Assembly (NCBI GenBank): GCA_963702435.1 | Contig: CAVPCR010000002.1 | Location: 128,001-192,000, forward strand | Reading direction: 5' to 3' | Length of the DNA stretch: 64,000 nt | DNA from: Candidatus Eiseniibacteriota bacterium | GTDB taxonomy: Bacteria; Eisenbacteria; RBG-16-71-46; CAVPCR01 | Shown here: piece after piece, positions 25,877 to 35,550 of the stretch | How the letters are laid out: the number at the start of each line of letters is the position of its first letter | Numbering within the stretch: position 1 is the first letter of the stretch | Notes under the pieces: generated by a model | Told to the model about the DNA's origin: nothing | Databases searched by the model: none | The model's input: only the letters and a program-made list of their open reading frames with translations | Translations under genes and position numbers: made by a program

Positions 25877-27295
25877 CTAGAGCGTGCTCGGCGCCCCGCT
25901 CGGGAGCGTGCCCGCATAGCTGTCGAGCGCGGCGGTGGCCACCGCCTCCCCGGGAGCGATCCGCGTTACGAGCGCGAGGAGACGCCCGCACTCGCCGGCA
26001 TAGGCGAGACGGCTGCCCGCGGGCACGGGCGGCCCCGGCGGCAGGGTGAGCTTCATCGGATCGAGGAAGCGGCCGCGATGCTTGACGCGGAAGTCGAGGT
26101 GCGGCCCGGTGGCCGAGCCGCTCATGCCCACGCCGCCGATGAGCTGCCCCTGCTCGACGCGGGCGCCGCGCCTGATGCCGCGGGCGACGCGCTGCAGGTG
26201 GAGGTAGTACGTCTCGTAGCCGTTCGAGTGCTTGACGATCACGAGATTGCCGTTCGCACCCTTGTAGCCGGCGAAGGTGACGGTGCCGGCGCCCACGGCG
26301 ACCACGGGCGTGCCCGCGGGAGCTGCGAAGTCGACGCCGAGATGCGCGTGGTACGTGCGCCGGATCGGATGCAGGCGGCGATGCGAGAAGTGCGATGACA
26401 CGCGGCGGTAGTTGAGCGGCGAGCGCAGGAGCGCCTTCTTGAGCGAGGACCCGGCGGCGTCGTAGTAATCGGCGCGGCCGTCCGGCAGCAGGAAGCGATA
26501 CGCCGTCTGCCGCGCCCGCTCTCCCTCGTAGCGCGCGAGGAGGATGGTCGACGCGCCGACCGGCTCGCCCTCCGCCCAGGTCTCCTCGACCAGCACATCG
26601 AAGCGATCGCCGGGACGGGGGTCGGTGAGGAAGTCGACGTCGTAGGCGAGGAGATCGGCTACCCGGGCCACGGTCTCCCCATCCCCACCCGCGCCGAGCA
26701 TGGCGTCGTAGAGCGAGGTCTCGACCTCGCCCGCGAGGCGGCGGATGCGCGACTCGGTGCGCACCGGAATGCGGCGCGCGACGAGCGTACCGCTCGCCGA
26801 GCGCACCGCCTCGTAGCGCTCGGCCTTGCTCCGCACGAGCTCGACGCGGGCGACATCTCCCGGGCTCGTCACCTCGACCAGAAGCCGGTCCTCGGGCCGG
26901 AGCCGGCGGAGATCGAGTACGCCGGCGAGCGCATGCACCCAGGGATCTACCGCGGAAGCCGGGAGCCCGGCCACCTGGGCCAGGGCATGGGCGAGCGACC
27001 CGCGGTTGCCGATCACCCGCTCGAGCCGGGAGACCGACGCGGGCGCCGAGCGCTCTCCCGCTTCGAGGAGCCGCAGGCGACCCACGCCCGCCTGGCGGGC
27101 ATCGGGGCCTTTCTGGCAGGCGAGGAGAACAAGCAGGCCCGCGAGAAGGCAGGCGCCGGCGCGCCGGCCGGACGGCGGCCGGAGCGCATGGGGTGGGGAC
27201 AGCGGTGACGTGGCCGGCAAGCGGGCGCCTCCTCTCAAGCGATGCCGCACGGGCGCGGCAGGGATTGTCGGGCGGCGGCGCTTGCGGTGATCCAC
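25877..27295 (-). CDS. M23-family peptidoglycan DD-endopeptidase (MepM-like)
   Basis: VSSHF..RLHPI..HLGVDFAAP.GTPV, GN.VIVKH..Y.T.YLHL, TGPHLDF. Start uncertain. Confidence 0.9.
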   Translation of the reverse strand: MDHRKRRRPTIPAAPVRHRLRGGARLPATSPLSPPHALRPPSGRRAGACLLAGLLVLLACQKGPDARQAGVGRLRLLEAGERSAPASVSRLERVIGNRGSLAHALAQVAGLPASAVDPWVHALAGVLDLRRLRPEDRLLVEVTSPGDVARVELVRSKAERYEAVRSASGTLVARRIPVRTESRIRRLAGEVETSLYDAMLGAGGDGETVARVADLLAYDVDFLTDPRPGDRFDVLVEETWAEGEPVGASTILLARYEGERARQTAYRFLLPDGRADYYDAAGSSLKKALLRSPLNYRRVSSHFSHRRLHPIRRTYHAHLGVDFAAPAGTPVVAVGAGTVTFAGYKGANGNLVIVKHSNGYETYYLHLQRVARGIRRGARVEQGQLIGGVGMSGSATGPHLDFRVKHRGRFLDPMKLTLPPGPPVPAGSRLAYAGECGRLLALVTRIAPGEAVATAALDSYAGTLPSGAPSTL

Positions 27296-27319
27296 ACCAG
27301 GCGCCGCGACAGGGCCGTC

Positions 27320-28777
27320 TCAGGCGGGGCCGCCCCGCTCTCCTGGGCCGGACTCCCCGGGGCTCCGGGGACCAGGGTCCCCGCCGCCCCGCGCCGCCCG
27401 GACCAGGAAGGCCAGGAGCTCTTCGCGCGTGTTGAGTCGAGGCTCGTCTAGCACGGCCTCGGCGAGGACCGCAAGCCATTTCCCCACCGCGGGCCCGGGG
27501 CCGATGCCGAGGGCGGCCATCACCCCGGCCCCGTCCAGGGCGAGCCGCGGCGGCAGCTCGACCTCGCGCGCCGCGAGGATCCCGGCCACCCGCGCCGCGA
27601 GCGCGGAGAGCCCCGCCGGTTCCTCGACCAGTCGTCCGGAAGCCGCCGAATCGGCGATCCGGAGCGCGAAGAGGTCCGGGATCGCCTCCTCCCCCACGCG
27701 CCGGATGAACCGCCGCACGGCGGCATTCGACCACTCCTCCGTGTACAGGAAGAGATGGTGGCGGACGAGATGCACCGCGGCCGTGCGCTCGCTGTTCGGG
27801 AAGCGCAATCGCCTCAGGATGTCATCGGCCATCTCCGCACCGATCTTGTCGTGGTCGTAGAAGGTGGCCTCGCCGTCCCGGAGGGCGCGGGTGTGCGGCT
27901 TGGCCACGTCGTGGAAGAGGGCGGCGAGGCGCACCGCCGGGCGCGCCGGAGCGCGGTCCACGGTGAAGAGCGTGTGGGTGAAGACGTCGTAGCGGTGGAA
28001 GCGATTCTGCGCGACCCCCACTCCCGCCACGAGCTCGGGCACGAGGTGGGTGAGAAGACCCGACCCGCTGAGGGCCCGGAGCCCGCGGGACGGGCGCTCG
28101 CCCTCGAGGAGGAGCCGGAGCTCCTTGGCGATCCGCTCGGTCGCCACCTGGGTGATGAGGGCGGCGCGCGCCCCCATCGCGGCGCGGGTGGCCGGCTCGA
28201 TCGTGTAGCCGAGCTGGGCGGCGAAGCGCGCCGCCCGCAGGAGCCGGAGCGCGTCCTCCGCGAACCGCTGCGCCGGATCTCCCACTGCCCGCACGATCCC
28301 CGCGGCGATGTCGCGCGCGCCGCCTTCGGGATCGATGAGCTCGCCCGTGGCGAGATCGAGGGCGAGCGCGTTGATCGTGAAGTCGCGCCGGCCCAGGTCG
28401 CGCTCGATCGAATCGGTGAACTCGACCGCGTCGGGCCGCCGCAGGTCCGAGTACGCGCCGTCGGCGCGCAGCGTCGTCACCTCGTACGCGTCGACGCGGC
28501 CGGCCGCGTCGACGCCGGCCGCGGCGCCGGCGAGCACCGTCATGGTGCCGTGCTTCTCGCCGGTGGCGAGAACGCGGGGGAAGAGCCGGCGCACCTCGGC
28601 GGGGCGGGCGCTCGTCGCCAGATCCCAGTCGGCCGGCACGCGGCCGGCGATGAGATCGCGGAGCGATCCGCCGACGAGATACGCCGAGTGGCCGGCGGCG
28701 ATGAGCGTCGCCGCCACCGCGCGGAGCGGCGGCGGGATCCGCTCCTCCCAGCCGCCGAGCAGATGGTCCTCCGACAT
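27320..28777 (-). CDS. tRNA nucleotidyltransferase/poly(A) polymerase family protein with HD domain (CCA-adding-like)
   Basis: YLVGGSLRD..DWDLAT, EVTTLR, DLGRRDFTINA, EDALRLLRAARF, ERI..E, ALFHDVAKP. Confidence 0.9.
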   Translation of the reverse strand: MSEDHLLGGWEERIPPPLRAVAATLIAAGHSAYLVGGSLRDLIAGRVPADWDLATSARPAEVRRLFPRVLATGEKHGTMTVLAGAAAGVDAAGRVDAYEVTTLRADGAYSDLRRPDAVEFTDSIERDLGRRDFTINALALDLATGELIDPEGGARDIAAGIVRAVGDPAQRFAEDALRLLRAARFAAQLGYTIEPATRAAMGARAALITQVATERIAKELRLLLEGERPSRGLRALSGSGLLTHLVPELVAGVGVAQNRFHRYDVFTHTLFTVDRAPARPAVRLAALFHDVAKPHTRALRDGEATFYDHDKIGAEMADDILRRLRFPNSERTAAVHLVRHHLFLYTEEWSNAAVRRFIRRVGEEAIPDLFALRIADSAASGRLVEEPAGLSALAARVAGILAAREVELPPRLALDGAGVMAALGIGPGPAVGKWLAVLAEAVLDEPRLNTREELLAFLVRAARGGGDPGPRSPGESGPGERGGPA

Positions 28778-28789
28778 GCGGTGGCCCTT

Positions 28790-29602
28790 TCAGGCGGCCG
28801 GCACGGCGGCCCCCGGCGCCGGCACGACGATCGCTTCGGCGCCGGCGCGCACCTCGATGCGCATGAGATCGTGAGCGCGCACGATCGGCCCCGCGTAGTA
28901 CCGCCGGCACTGGCCCTCGAGATCGGCGCGATCGCACTCCGGGTAGAGATGGCTCAGGACGACCATCCGCGCCCGGCCCGCCCGGGCCAGCGCGCCGACC
29001 AGCCCCGGCGTCAGGTGGCCCTCGACCTTCGCCTCGTCGGGTGTCGAGCAGTCGGCGATCAGGACGTCGCAATCACGCGCCAGCTCGCTCACCGCCGGCG
29101 TCTCGTCGGTATCCCCGGTGTACGCGAGGACCGCGCCGTCGCGCGCCGTGATCCGGTAGCCCACCGCCGCCACCGAGTGGCGGAGCGGCACCGCGGCGAT
29201 CCCGACGCCGCCCCGGTCGACCTCGCTCTCCCACAGCTCGTGCACGTGCACCGCGTAGGAGCCGCCCCCGATCCAGCGCTCGACGGCGGCGGTCCATCGC
29301 TCGTAGAAGGACGCGAAACCGCGCGGCCCGTGCACGTGGAGGTCGCGCTCGCGGGTGAAGCCCGGCGTGTGGCGCTGCGCGAAGAGGAAAGGCACGAGGT
29401 CGGCGGTGTGGTCGGGATGGATGTGCGTGTAGAAGAGATGGTCGATCTGCCGGTAGTCGAGCCGCGCCTCGGCCAGGCGGCGGAGCGTCCCGGTGCCGCC
29501 GTCGAGGAGGAAGGTCATCCCGTCCGCCTCGACCGCATACCCGGCCGGACCGCGGATGCCGGTCGGGACGAGAGTGCCCGAGCCGAGGATGGTGACGCGC
29601 AT
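28790..29602 (-). CDS. MBL-fold hydrolase, RNase Z-like
   Basis: VTILGSG, LLDGGTG, THIHPDH, H..AVGYR, YTGDT, GHLT, LSHLY. Confidence 0.85.
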   Translation of the reverse strand: MRVTILGSGTLVPTGIRGPAGYAVEADGMTFLLDGGTGTLRRLAEARLDYRQIDHLFYTHIHPDHTADLVPFLFAQRHTPGFTRERDLHVHGPRGFASFYERWTAAVERWIGGGSYAVHVHELWESEVDRGGVGIAAVPLRHSVAAVGYRITARDGAVLAYTGDTDETPAVSELARDCDVLIADCSTPDEAKVEGHLTPGLVGALARAGRARMVVLSHLYPECDRADLEGQCRRYYAGPIVRAHDLMRIEVRAGAEAIVVPAPGAAVPAA

Positions 29603-29626
29603 TCGACGAAACTCCCTGGGCAACGC

Positions 29627-30580
29627 TCAGTGGTTGTGCTCGGTGAGGCAGACGGTCGCCGCGTCCAGCGCGCAGGTCGCGCTCTCCGGCTGGATCGTGG
29701 TGTGGACGATCTGGAAGCGCTCGGCAAGCATGCGCCCCACCTGGTCCACGATCCGCCGCGCTTCGGTCGTCGACTGCTCGCGGACGACGACGTGCGCCGA
29801 GAGCGCCACGTACTCCGAGCACAGGCTCCAGATGTGGAGATCGTGCACGCCGCGGACTCCCTCGACCGCGGTGATCGCGCGCTCGACCTCGGCGAGCTCG
29901 ACGCCGCGGGGCGTGCCCTCGAGGAGGATATGGGTGGCCTCGGCGATGAGCCCGTAGGCGCCGCGCAGGAGGATGACCACGACGAGGAGCGAGAGGATCG
30001 GGTCGAGGAGGTAGAACCCGGTCGCCCACATCACGATCCCGCCGATGACGACGGCGACCGAGGCGAGCAGGTCCCCGATCACGTGCAGGAGGGCGCTCCG
30101 CGCGTTCAGGTTCCCGCCGGTGTGCCCGCGCAGGAGGAGGATGATCGCCACGTTGGCGAGGAGCCCGATCGCCGCCACCGCCGCCATCGGACCCGAGTGC
30201 ACGGCGACCGGTGCGCGGAGCCGCTCGACGGCCTCGAGCACGATCCAGATCGAGATGGCCACCAGGCTCAAGCCGTTCAGGAGCGCGGCGAACACCTCGG
30301 CCCGATGATAGCCGTAGGTGCGCGCCGGGTCGGGCGGCACCCGGGCGAGCGACAGCGCATACGCCGAGATCGCAAGCGCGAAGAGATCGGCGAACACGTG
30401 CCCCGCATCGGAGAGGAGAGCGAGGCTTTGCGTGAGGAGGCCGCCCGCCACCTCGGCCACGAGGATCGCCGCCGTGATGGCGCAGGCGATGCGCAGCCGG
30501 TACGCAAGGACGCCCGCTCCCGCTTGCCGGTCCGCTCCCGCGTGATGGCCCGCTCCCGCGTGATGGCCCGCCGCGCTCAT
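29627..30580 (-). CDS. Cation diffusion facilitator (CzcD/ZitB-like)
   Basis: SLALLSDAGHVFAD, TYGYHRAEV, N.RSALLHVIGD, LLEGTP, VHDLHIW, HTTIQPE. Confidence 0.92.
   Translation of the reverse strand: MSAAGHHAGAGHHAGADRQAGAGVLAYRLRIACAITAAILVAEVAGGLLTQSLALLSDAGHVFADLFALAISAYALSLARVPPDPARTYGYHRAEVFAALLNGLSLVAISIWIVLEAVERLRAPVAVHSGPMAAVAAIGLLANVAIILLLRGHTGGNLNARSALLHVIGDLLASVAVVIGGIVMWATGFYLLDPILSLLVVVILLRGAYGLIAEATHILLEGTPRGVELAEVERAITAVEGVRGVHDLHIWSLCSEYVALSAHVVVREQSTTEARRIVDQVGRMLAERFQIVHTTIQPESATCALDAATVCLTEHNH
30532..30567 (-). repeat. 18-bp tandem duplication producing the His-rich N-terminus GHHAGA x2 of the CDF transporter
   Basis: ccgctcccgcgtgatggc at 30532 and 30550. Confidence 0.85.
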
Positions 30581-31647
30581 GCCGGCCTCGGGGCCGGGGC
30601 GGGTACAGCCGCCGCCTGCTCGAACACGGGCTCGGTGAGCTCGACGCCGAGGCCCGGCCGCGGGGCGGGGAGCACGCGACCCGCGACGAGCGCGAGCCCC
30701 GCCGCCGGATCGCGGGCGAGGAGGAGGTGCCCGTCCAGATCCACCCAGTCGACGAGCGGCGCGAGGTGGGCGGCGGCGGCGATGCCGATCGAGGTCTCGA
30801 CCATGCAGCCGAGCATGATGCGGAGCCCGTGGGCGCGCGCCGTCTGGATCATGGCGAGCGCGGGGCGGATGCCGCCCGCCTTCGCGAGCTTGACGTTCAC
30901 CCCGTCGGCCATCCCGGCGAGTCGTGGGATGTCGGCGGCGGTGAGCGCCGGCTCGTCGGCGATGATCGGGAGGCGCGACGCATCGCGCACGCGGGCGAGC
31001 CCGAGGAGATCCGCGGCCGGCACCGGCTGCTCGACGAGTTCGACGCCCGCCGCGCCGAGCGTGGAGAGGCGCTCGATCGCCTCCGGCGCCGACCAGCCGC
31101 CGTTGGCGTCGACGCGGAGCGGCTTCGCGGTCGCCGCCCGCACCTGGGCCAGCCGCTCCATGTCGGCGGGATCGCCCATCTTCACCTTGAGCACGCGGAA
31201 GCGTTCCCCGGCCGCGATCGCCGCGGCCGCTTCCGCGGGCGACACGATGGGCACCGTGTACGAGCTCGGCGGCGTCATCGCCGGATCGAGCCCGAAGAGC
31301 GCGAAGAGCGGAAGCCCCGCCCGCTTCCCCATCCAGTCGTGGCAGGCGATGTCGATTGCCGCCTTGGCCGCGCGATGCCCGGCGAGCGCCGCCTCCATCG
31401 CGGCGTGCACCGCTTCGACCTGGAGGGGGCTCGCGACCGTCTCGACCGCCGGGACCAGGGTCGCGAGCGCCGCGAGGACCGTGGCCGCCGTCTCCCCGTG
31501 GTAGGGGCTGGGCGCCGCTTCGCCCAGGCCGCAGAGACCCTCGTGCTCGATCTCGACGAGCACGTTGCGGTGGCGGCTGCCGCCGCCGTGGGCGGTGACG
31601 AAGGGAAGCGCTGTCTCGAGCTCGACCGCCGCCACCCGGATCTTCAT
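30577..31647 (-). CDS. Enolase-superfamily dipeptide epimerase (L-Ala-D/L-Glu epimerase / DgcA-like)
   Basis: GLGEAAP, KVK, RVDANGGW, EQP, ADE, NVKLAKAGG, GCMVE, DLDG. Confidence 0.9.
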   Translation of the reverse strand: MKIRVAAVELETALPFVTAHGGGSRHRNVLVEIEHEGLCGLGEAAPSPYHGETAATVLAALATLVPAVETVASPLQVEAVHAAMEAALAGHRAAKAAIDIACHDWMGKRAGLPLFALFGLDPAMTPPSSYTVPIVSPAEAAAAIAAGERFRVLKVKMGDPADMERLAQVRAATAKPLRVDANGGWSAPEAIERLSTLGAAGVELVEQPVPAADLLGLARVRDASRLPIIADEPALTAADIPRLAGMADGVNVKLAKAGGIRPALAMIQTARAHGLRIMLGCMVETSIGIAAAAHLAPLVDWVDLDGHLLLARDPAAGLALVAGRVLPAPRPGLGVELTEPVFEQAAAVPAPAPRPA

Positions 31648-32762
31648 CTGGTCTCCTCGCCGCTCGCCTCGGCCGCGCTCTGCTCGATGCGGCGGAGCGC
31701 CGCCACGAGCGGCGCCGCATCCACGAGCGGATCCACGGCCGGAAGGCCGGTCTCCGCGCGGACCCGCGCCGCGACCTCGGCGAGCGCACCGGGCGCCGCG
31801 CCGTGTCCGTTCAGCGCGAAACCCGCCACCGGCGCCGATCTGACCCAGCGCGCCGCCTCCTCATGGAGGCGCACGAGCTCGCCGGGACCAGGGAGCGGGA
31901 TCTCGTAGCCCTCGATGCGCGTCCGCCCGACATGATGACAGACGATCATCGCATCCGGGCGGGCTCCGTGCAAAAGGCCGAGCGTCACCCCGGAATAGGC
32001 GGGGTGGAGGAGCGACCCCTGTCCCTCGACCACCGCCCAGGCGACGGGTCCCAGGTCGTCGATGATCTGCTCGGTGGCGCCCGCGATGAAGTCGGCGATG
32101 ACGCGGTCGACCGCGATGCCGCCGCCGGCGATCAGGATCCCGGTCTGGCCCGTCGCCCCGAAGGCGGCCGCGATCCCGGCCCCGCACGCGGCGCGCACGA
32201 TCTCGAGCGCGGCCGTCATCTTGCCCACGTTGCAGTCGCTGCCCACGGTGAGGACGACGAACGGGCGGCGATGCGGCGGGCTCGCGCGCACCTCGCGGGG
32301 CAGGCGCAGATCGACCGGCGGGCGCCGGAGATCGATGAGCGCGACCTCGCGCCGCGCGGCGCGGGCCGCGAGATCGGGATCGTCGGCGAGGAAGACGTGC
32401 AACCCGCTCATCACGTCGAGCCCGGCCTCGATCGCCTGGACGATGATCGCGCGCCAGGGCGCGGGGAGCCCCCCGCCCCGCGGGGCGATGCCGACGAGCA
32501 GCGTGTCGGGATCGAGGCGGAGACCCTCCTCGAGCGTCGAAACCACGGGGGCCGGATGGTCGATTCCGAGGACTTCGCCGAGCGTGCGTCCGGCCGCGCG
32601 CGAATCGAGCACGCCGGCCACCTCGCGGCCGCGATAGCGGATCAGGCCGACCGCAGTCTTCGCCGAGAACATGCCGAGGGCGCCCTCGGCCAGGATCAGG
32701 AAGCGGCGAGGCCGGAGAACGGTGATGGGGATCCCTCCTGATGGGGTAGGATCGGCCGCCAT
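31644..32762 (-). CDS. DUF1611 family P-loop protein (DgcN-like)
   Basis: KTA.GLIRY, GIAPRGG.LP..W, SGLH.FL, TVGSDCNVGKMT, ATGQTGILI, D.VIADFIAGA.E, EGQGSL.HP.YSGVTLGLLHG. ATGA-coupled to the epimerase. Confidence 0.9.
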   Translation of the reverse strand: MAADPTPSGGIPITVLRPRRFLILAEGALGMFSAKTAVGLIRYRGREVAGVLDSRAAGRTLGEVLGIDHPAPVVSTLEEGLRLDPDTLLVGIAPRGGGLPAPWRAIIVQAIEAGLDVMSGLHVFLADDPDLAARAARREVALIDLRRPPVDLRLPREVRASPPHRRPFVVLTVGSDCNVGKMTAALEIVRAACGAGIAAAFGATGQTGILIAGGGIAVDRVIADFIAGATEQIIDDLGPVAWAVVEGQGSLLHPAYSGVTLGLLHGARPDAMIVCHHVGRTRIEGYEIPLPGPGELVRLHEEAARWVRSAPVAGFALNGHGAAPGALAEVAARVRAETGLPAVDPLVDAAPLVAALRRIEQSAAEASGEETR

Positions 32763-32856
32763 GGACCCCCGCGCGGATAGCCGAACGAACGCCCAGGGAC
32801 CCGACGACGGGAGATTTCTACCACATCCCGAGCGGGAGGAGCAGCGGACGCCTCAG

Positions 32857-33642
32857 GTGGATCCGGAAGGGGGCATCCACTTCACGCGCTTGTTTCACGA
32901 TCGCCCCGAACTCCATGCCGGCTTGAGTCTTCGCCTGGGCGGTACGAGCGCGCCCCCGTTCGCCGCCCTGAACCTCGGGGGATCGACGCCCGACGATCCG
33001 GCCGCCCTCGCCGAGAATCGCCGCCGGTTCTACGCGGCCGCCGGGCTCGATCCCGCACGGGTCGTCCGCATGCACCAGGTCCACGGCGCGCGGGTCGTCA
33101 CCGCCGCCGCGCCCGGTCATGTCGGCGAGGCGGACGGCCTCATCACCGGTCTCCCCGATCTCGCCCTCCTCGTCACGGTGGCCGATTGCCTCCCGGTCTT
33201 CCTCGCCGATCGCCCGGCCGGCGTCATCGGAGCGCTGCATGCCGGGTGGCGCGGCCTCCTCGCGGGCGTCCTCGAGACCGGAGTCGCCGCCGCGCGCGCC
33301 GCGGGCGCGGATCCCACGCGGATCGAGGTCGCGATGGGCCCGGCGATCGGGGCCTGCTGCTTCGAGGTCGGGCCCGACGTCGCCGCCCGCTTCGCGCCGG
33401 CCGCCGTCCGCCCCGGGCCGCGCGGACGACCGCACGTGGACCTCGCCGCCGCCGCCCGCGAGCGCCTCCTCGCGCTCGGAGTCCGCGCCGGCGCGATCCA
33501 CGATCCCGCGGCCTGCACGCTCTGCCGGCGGGATCTCTACTTCTCCGCCCGCAGCGGCGAGCCCACGGGCCGCATGGTCGGATTCATCGTGCGGCGCGCG
33601 GGAGGAGGCGCTCTCTTGAGCCTCCTAGGACCGGCCGAGTAG
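32857..33642 (+). CDS. pgeF: Peptidoglycan editing factor / laccase-domain protein (YfiH/FAMIN family)
   Basis: LNLG..D...ENR, HQVHG, ADGL.T, VADCLPV, HAGWRG, GPAIG.CCFEVG, CT.C..YFSAR..GRM. Start uncertain. Confidence 0.9.
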   Translation: MDPEGGIHFTRLFHDRPELHAGLSLRLGGTSAPPFAALNLGGSTPDDPAALAENRRRFYAAAGLDPARVVRMHQVHGARVVTAAAPGHVGEADGLITGLPDLALLVTVADCLPVFLADRPAGVIGALHAGWRGLLAGVLETGVAAARAAGADPTRIEVAMGPAIGACCFEVGPDVAARFAPAAVRPGPRGRPHVDLAAAARERLLALGVRAGAIHDPAACTLCRRDLYFSARSGEPTGRMVGFIVRRAGGGALLSLLGPAE

Positions 33643-34764
33643 CGCGGCGTAGAGCTCGATGTAGCGATCGACCGCCTGGTCGATGTCGAACCGCTCGCTC
33701 GCCGTGGCGCGCGCCGCCGCCGACACCCGCGCCCGCCGCGCCGGGTCCTTGGCCAGCGCGACGGCCAGATCCGACATGCCGGCGACGTCGCCCGGATCGA
33801 AGAGGAACCCGTTCTCCCCGTCCTGGATGACCTCCGGCATGCCGCCGACGCGCGTGGCCACGACCGGGACGCCGCAGCTCATCGCCTCGAGCGCGACGAG
33901 CCCGAAGCTCTCGAGCTCGGAGGGCAGGAGGAAGATGTCCGCGTGCGGGAGGAGCGCCTCGATGTACTCCTGATCGCCGAGGAAATTGATGCGATCGGCG
34001 ACCCCGAGCTCCTGGGCCAGCTCGCGACAGGCATGGAGCTCCGGCCCCTCCCCCACCAGGAGGAGGCGGGCCGGAACCTGCGCCGCCACGGCGTGAAAGA
34101 TCTCGACCACGCGCGGGGCGTGTTTCACCGGCCGGAAGTTCGAGGCGTGCATGAGGAGCACCTCGCCCGGACGGGCGAAGGAGCGACGCCGGTCGCCGGC
34201 GGCCAGCGGCCGGAACTTTCCCGGATCGACGAAATTGCGGATGACGTGGATCGGGTTCCTGACGTCGAAGATGGACACGGTCTGGTCGCGAAGCCACGCC
34301 GACACGGCCGTCACGGCATCGGACTGCTCGATCGAGAACTTGGTGACGCTGAAGAAGGAGGGCTGGAGCCCGACCAGCGTGATGTCGGTGCCGTGGAGCG
34401 TCGTGATCACCTGGACCGCGCGCGGCCGCACGATCTGCTTGGCGAGATAGGCGCTCACCGCGTGCGGGAGCGCGTAGTGCACGTGGAGGATGTCGAGCTC
34501 GGCGCGCTCGATCACCTCGCTCATCTTGGCCGCCAGGTTGAGCGCATAGGGCTGGTGGTTGAACAGCGGATAGCTCTCGGTCTCGACCGGATGGAAGGAG
34601 ATCCGCTCCTCGAACTCGCGGAGCCGGACCGGCACCGCGTGGGTGATGAAGTGCACCTGGTGCCCGCGGCGGGCCAGGCGCTTGCCGAGCTCGGTGGCCA
34701 CGATCCCGGAGCCGCCGGTCGTCGGATAGCAGGTGATGCCGATCGCCATCGGGCGCGCGCTCAT
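33625..34764 (-). CDS. bshA: N-acetyl-alpha-D-glucosaminyl L-malate synthase
   Basis: IGITCYPTTGGSGIVATELG, YPLF, LHVHYALPHA, TTLHGTDITLVG, SNFRPVK, ESFGLVALEAM. Confidence 0.95.
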   Translation of the reverse strand: MSARPMAIGITCYPTTGGSGIVATELGKRLARRGHQVHFITHAVPVRLREFEERISFHPVETESYPLFNHQPYALNLAAKMSEVIERAELDILHVHYALPHAVSAYLAKQIVRPRAVQVITTLHGTDITLVGLQPSFFSVTKFSIEQSDAVTAVSAWLRDQTVSIFDVRNPIHVIRNFVDPGKFRPLAAGDRRRSFARPGEVLLMHASNFRPVKHAPRVVEIFHAVAAQVPARLLLVGEGPELHACRELAQELGVADRINFLGDQEYIEALLPHADIFLLPSELESFGLVALEAMSCGVPVVATRVGGMPEVIQDGENGFLFDPGDVAGMSDLAVALAKDPARRARVSAAARATASERFDIDQAVDRYIELYAALLGRS

Positions 34765-35483
34765 GCCTCGTCCTCCGCGGTCGCCAGGAAGCGGAACGGA
34801 TCGACCGCGGCGAGCGGTCGATCGGGAAAGAAGGCCTCCGCGTGGCCGAGGCCGAGCTCGATCCCGCAGGCGGCCGCCCGCGCCCGCACCCGCTCGAGGA
34901 AGCCGGCCGCGTTGAGCGGGGTGGCCGGACTGCCCGGGGCGCGCAGGAACTGGGAGGCATAGCAGGCGAGCGCCGCCATCTTCCGGTCGATGGTCGGGCT
35001 CACATCGATCACGATCGGCGGGCGGCCGTAGGGCTCGCGCGAGGACGGGTAGAAGAGGATGAGGCGCGGGCGATGCGGCGGGCCGGCGCCCGGCTCGTAC
35101 GCGGCGAGGCCGGCCATGAATGCGGCGCGCCTGACCAGGTGATGCCCCTCGACGTGATCGGGATGGGCGTCGCGCCCGGTCGGCGCGAGGACGAGGTCCG
35201 GCCGCTCGCGGCGGAGGAGGCCGACGACCGCTGCGAGCTGTGGCGCGGCGCGGCGATCGAGGCCCAGATCCGGGAGATCGAGCGAGACGCGACCGGCGCC
35301 GAGAACGCGCGCCGCGGCGAGCGCCTCGCGCGCGCGCTCCTCCGCCGTGCCGGCGGTCGCCCGCTCGCCGCGGGTGAGATCGGCGATCAGGACCGCGTGC
35401 CCCGCCTCGACGGCGCGCGCCAGGGTGCCGGCCGCCGCGAGCTCGACGTCGTCGGGATGGGCGCCGAAGGCGACGAGTTTCAT
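34761..35483 (-). CDS. bshB1: GlcNAc-malate deacetylase (PIG-L family)
   Basis: AHPDDVEL..GT, DLTRGE..T.GT.E.R..EA, HPDH, K..AL..Y.SQF; coupled to bshA. Confidence 0.9.
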   Translation of the reverse strand: MKLVAFGAHPDDVELAAAGTLARAVEAGHAVLIADLTRGERATAGTAEERAREALAAARVLGAGRVSLDLPDLGLDRRAAPQLAAVVGLLRRERPDLVLAPTGRDAHPDHVEGHHLVRRAAFMAGLAAYEPGAGPPHRPRLILFYPSSREPYGRPPIVIDVSPTIDRKMAALACYASQFLRAPGSPATPLNAAGFLERVRARAAACGIELGLGHAEAFFPDRPLAAVDPFRFLATAEDEA

Positions 35484-35550
35484 GCTCCCCCTCCTCGTTC
35501 TGCGCCCGCGGAGGCGCGCGCGCAATCCGGGCGCGGCCGGGGCCGCGCGA

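Noticed and set aside
29627..31789. Apparent long fusion ORFs (also 13342-14982, 19905-21797, 37236-38948, 39045-40748, 46629-49295)
   Set aside because: The N-terminal extensions are off-frame read-through of upstream genes. The true starts are internal, supported by an RBS or start/stop overlap.
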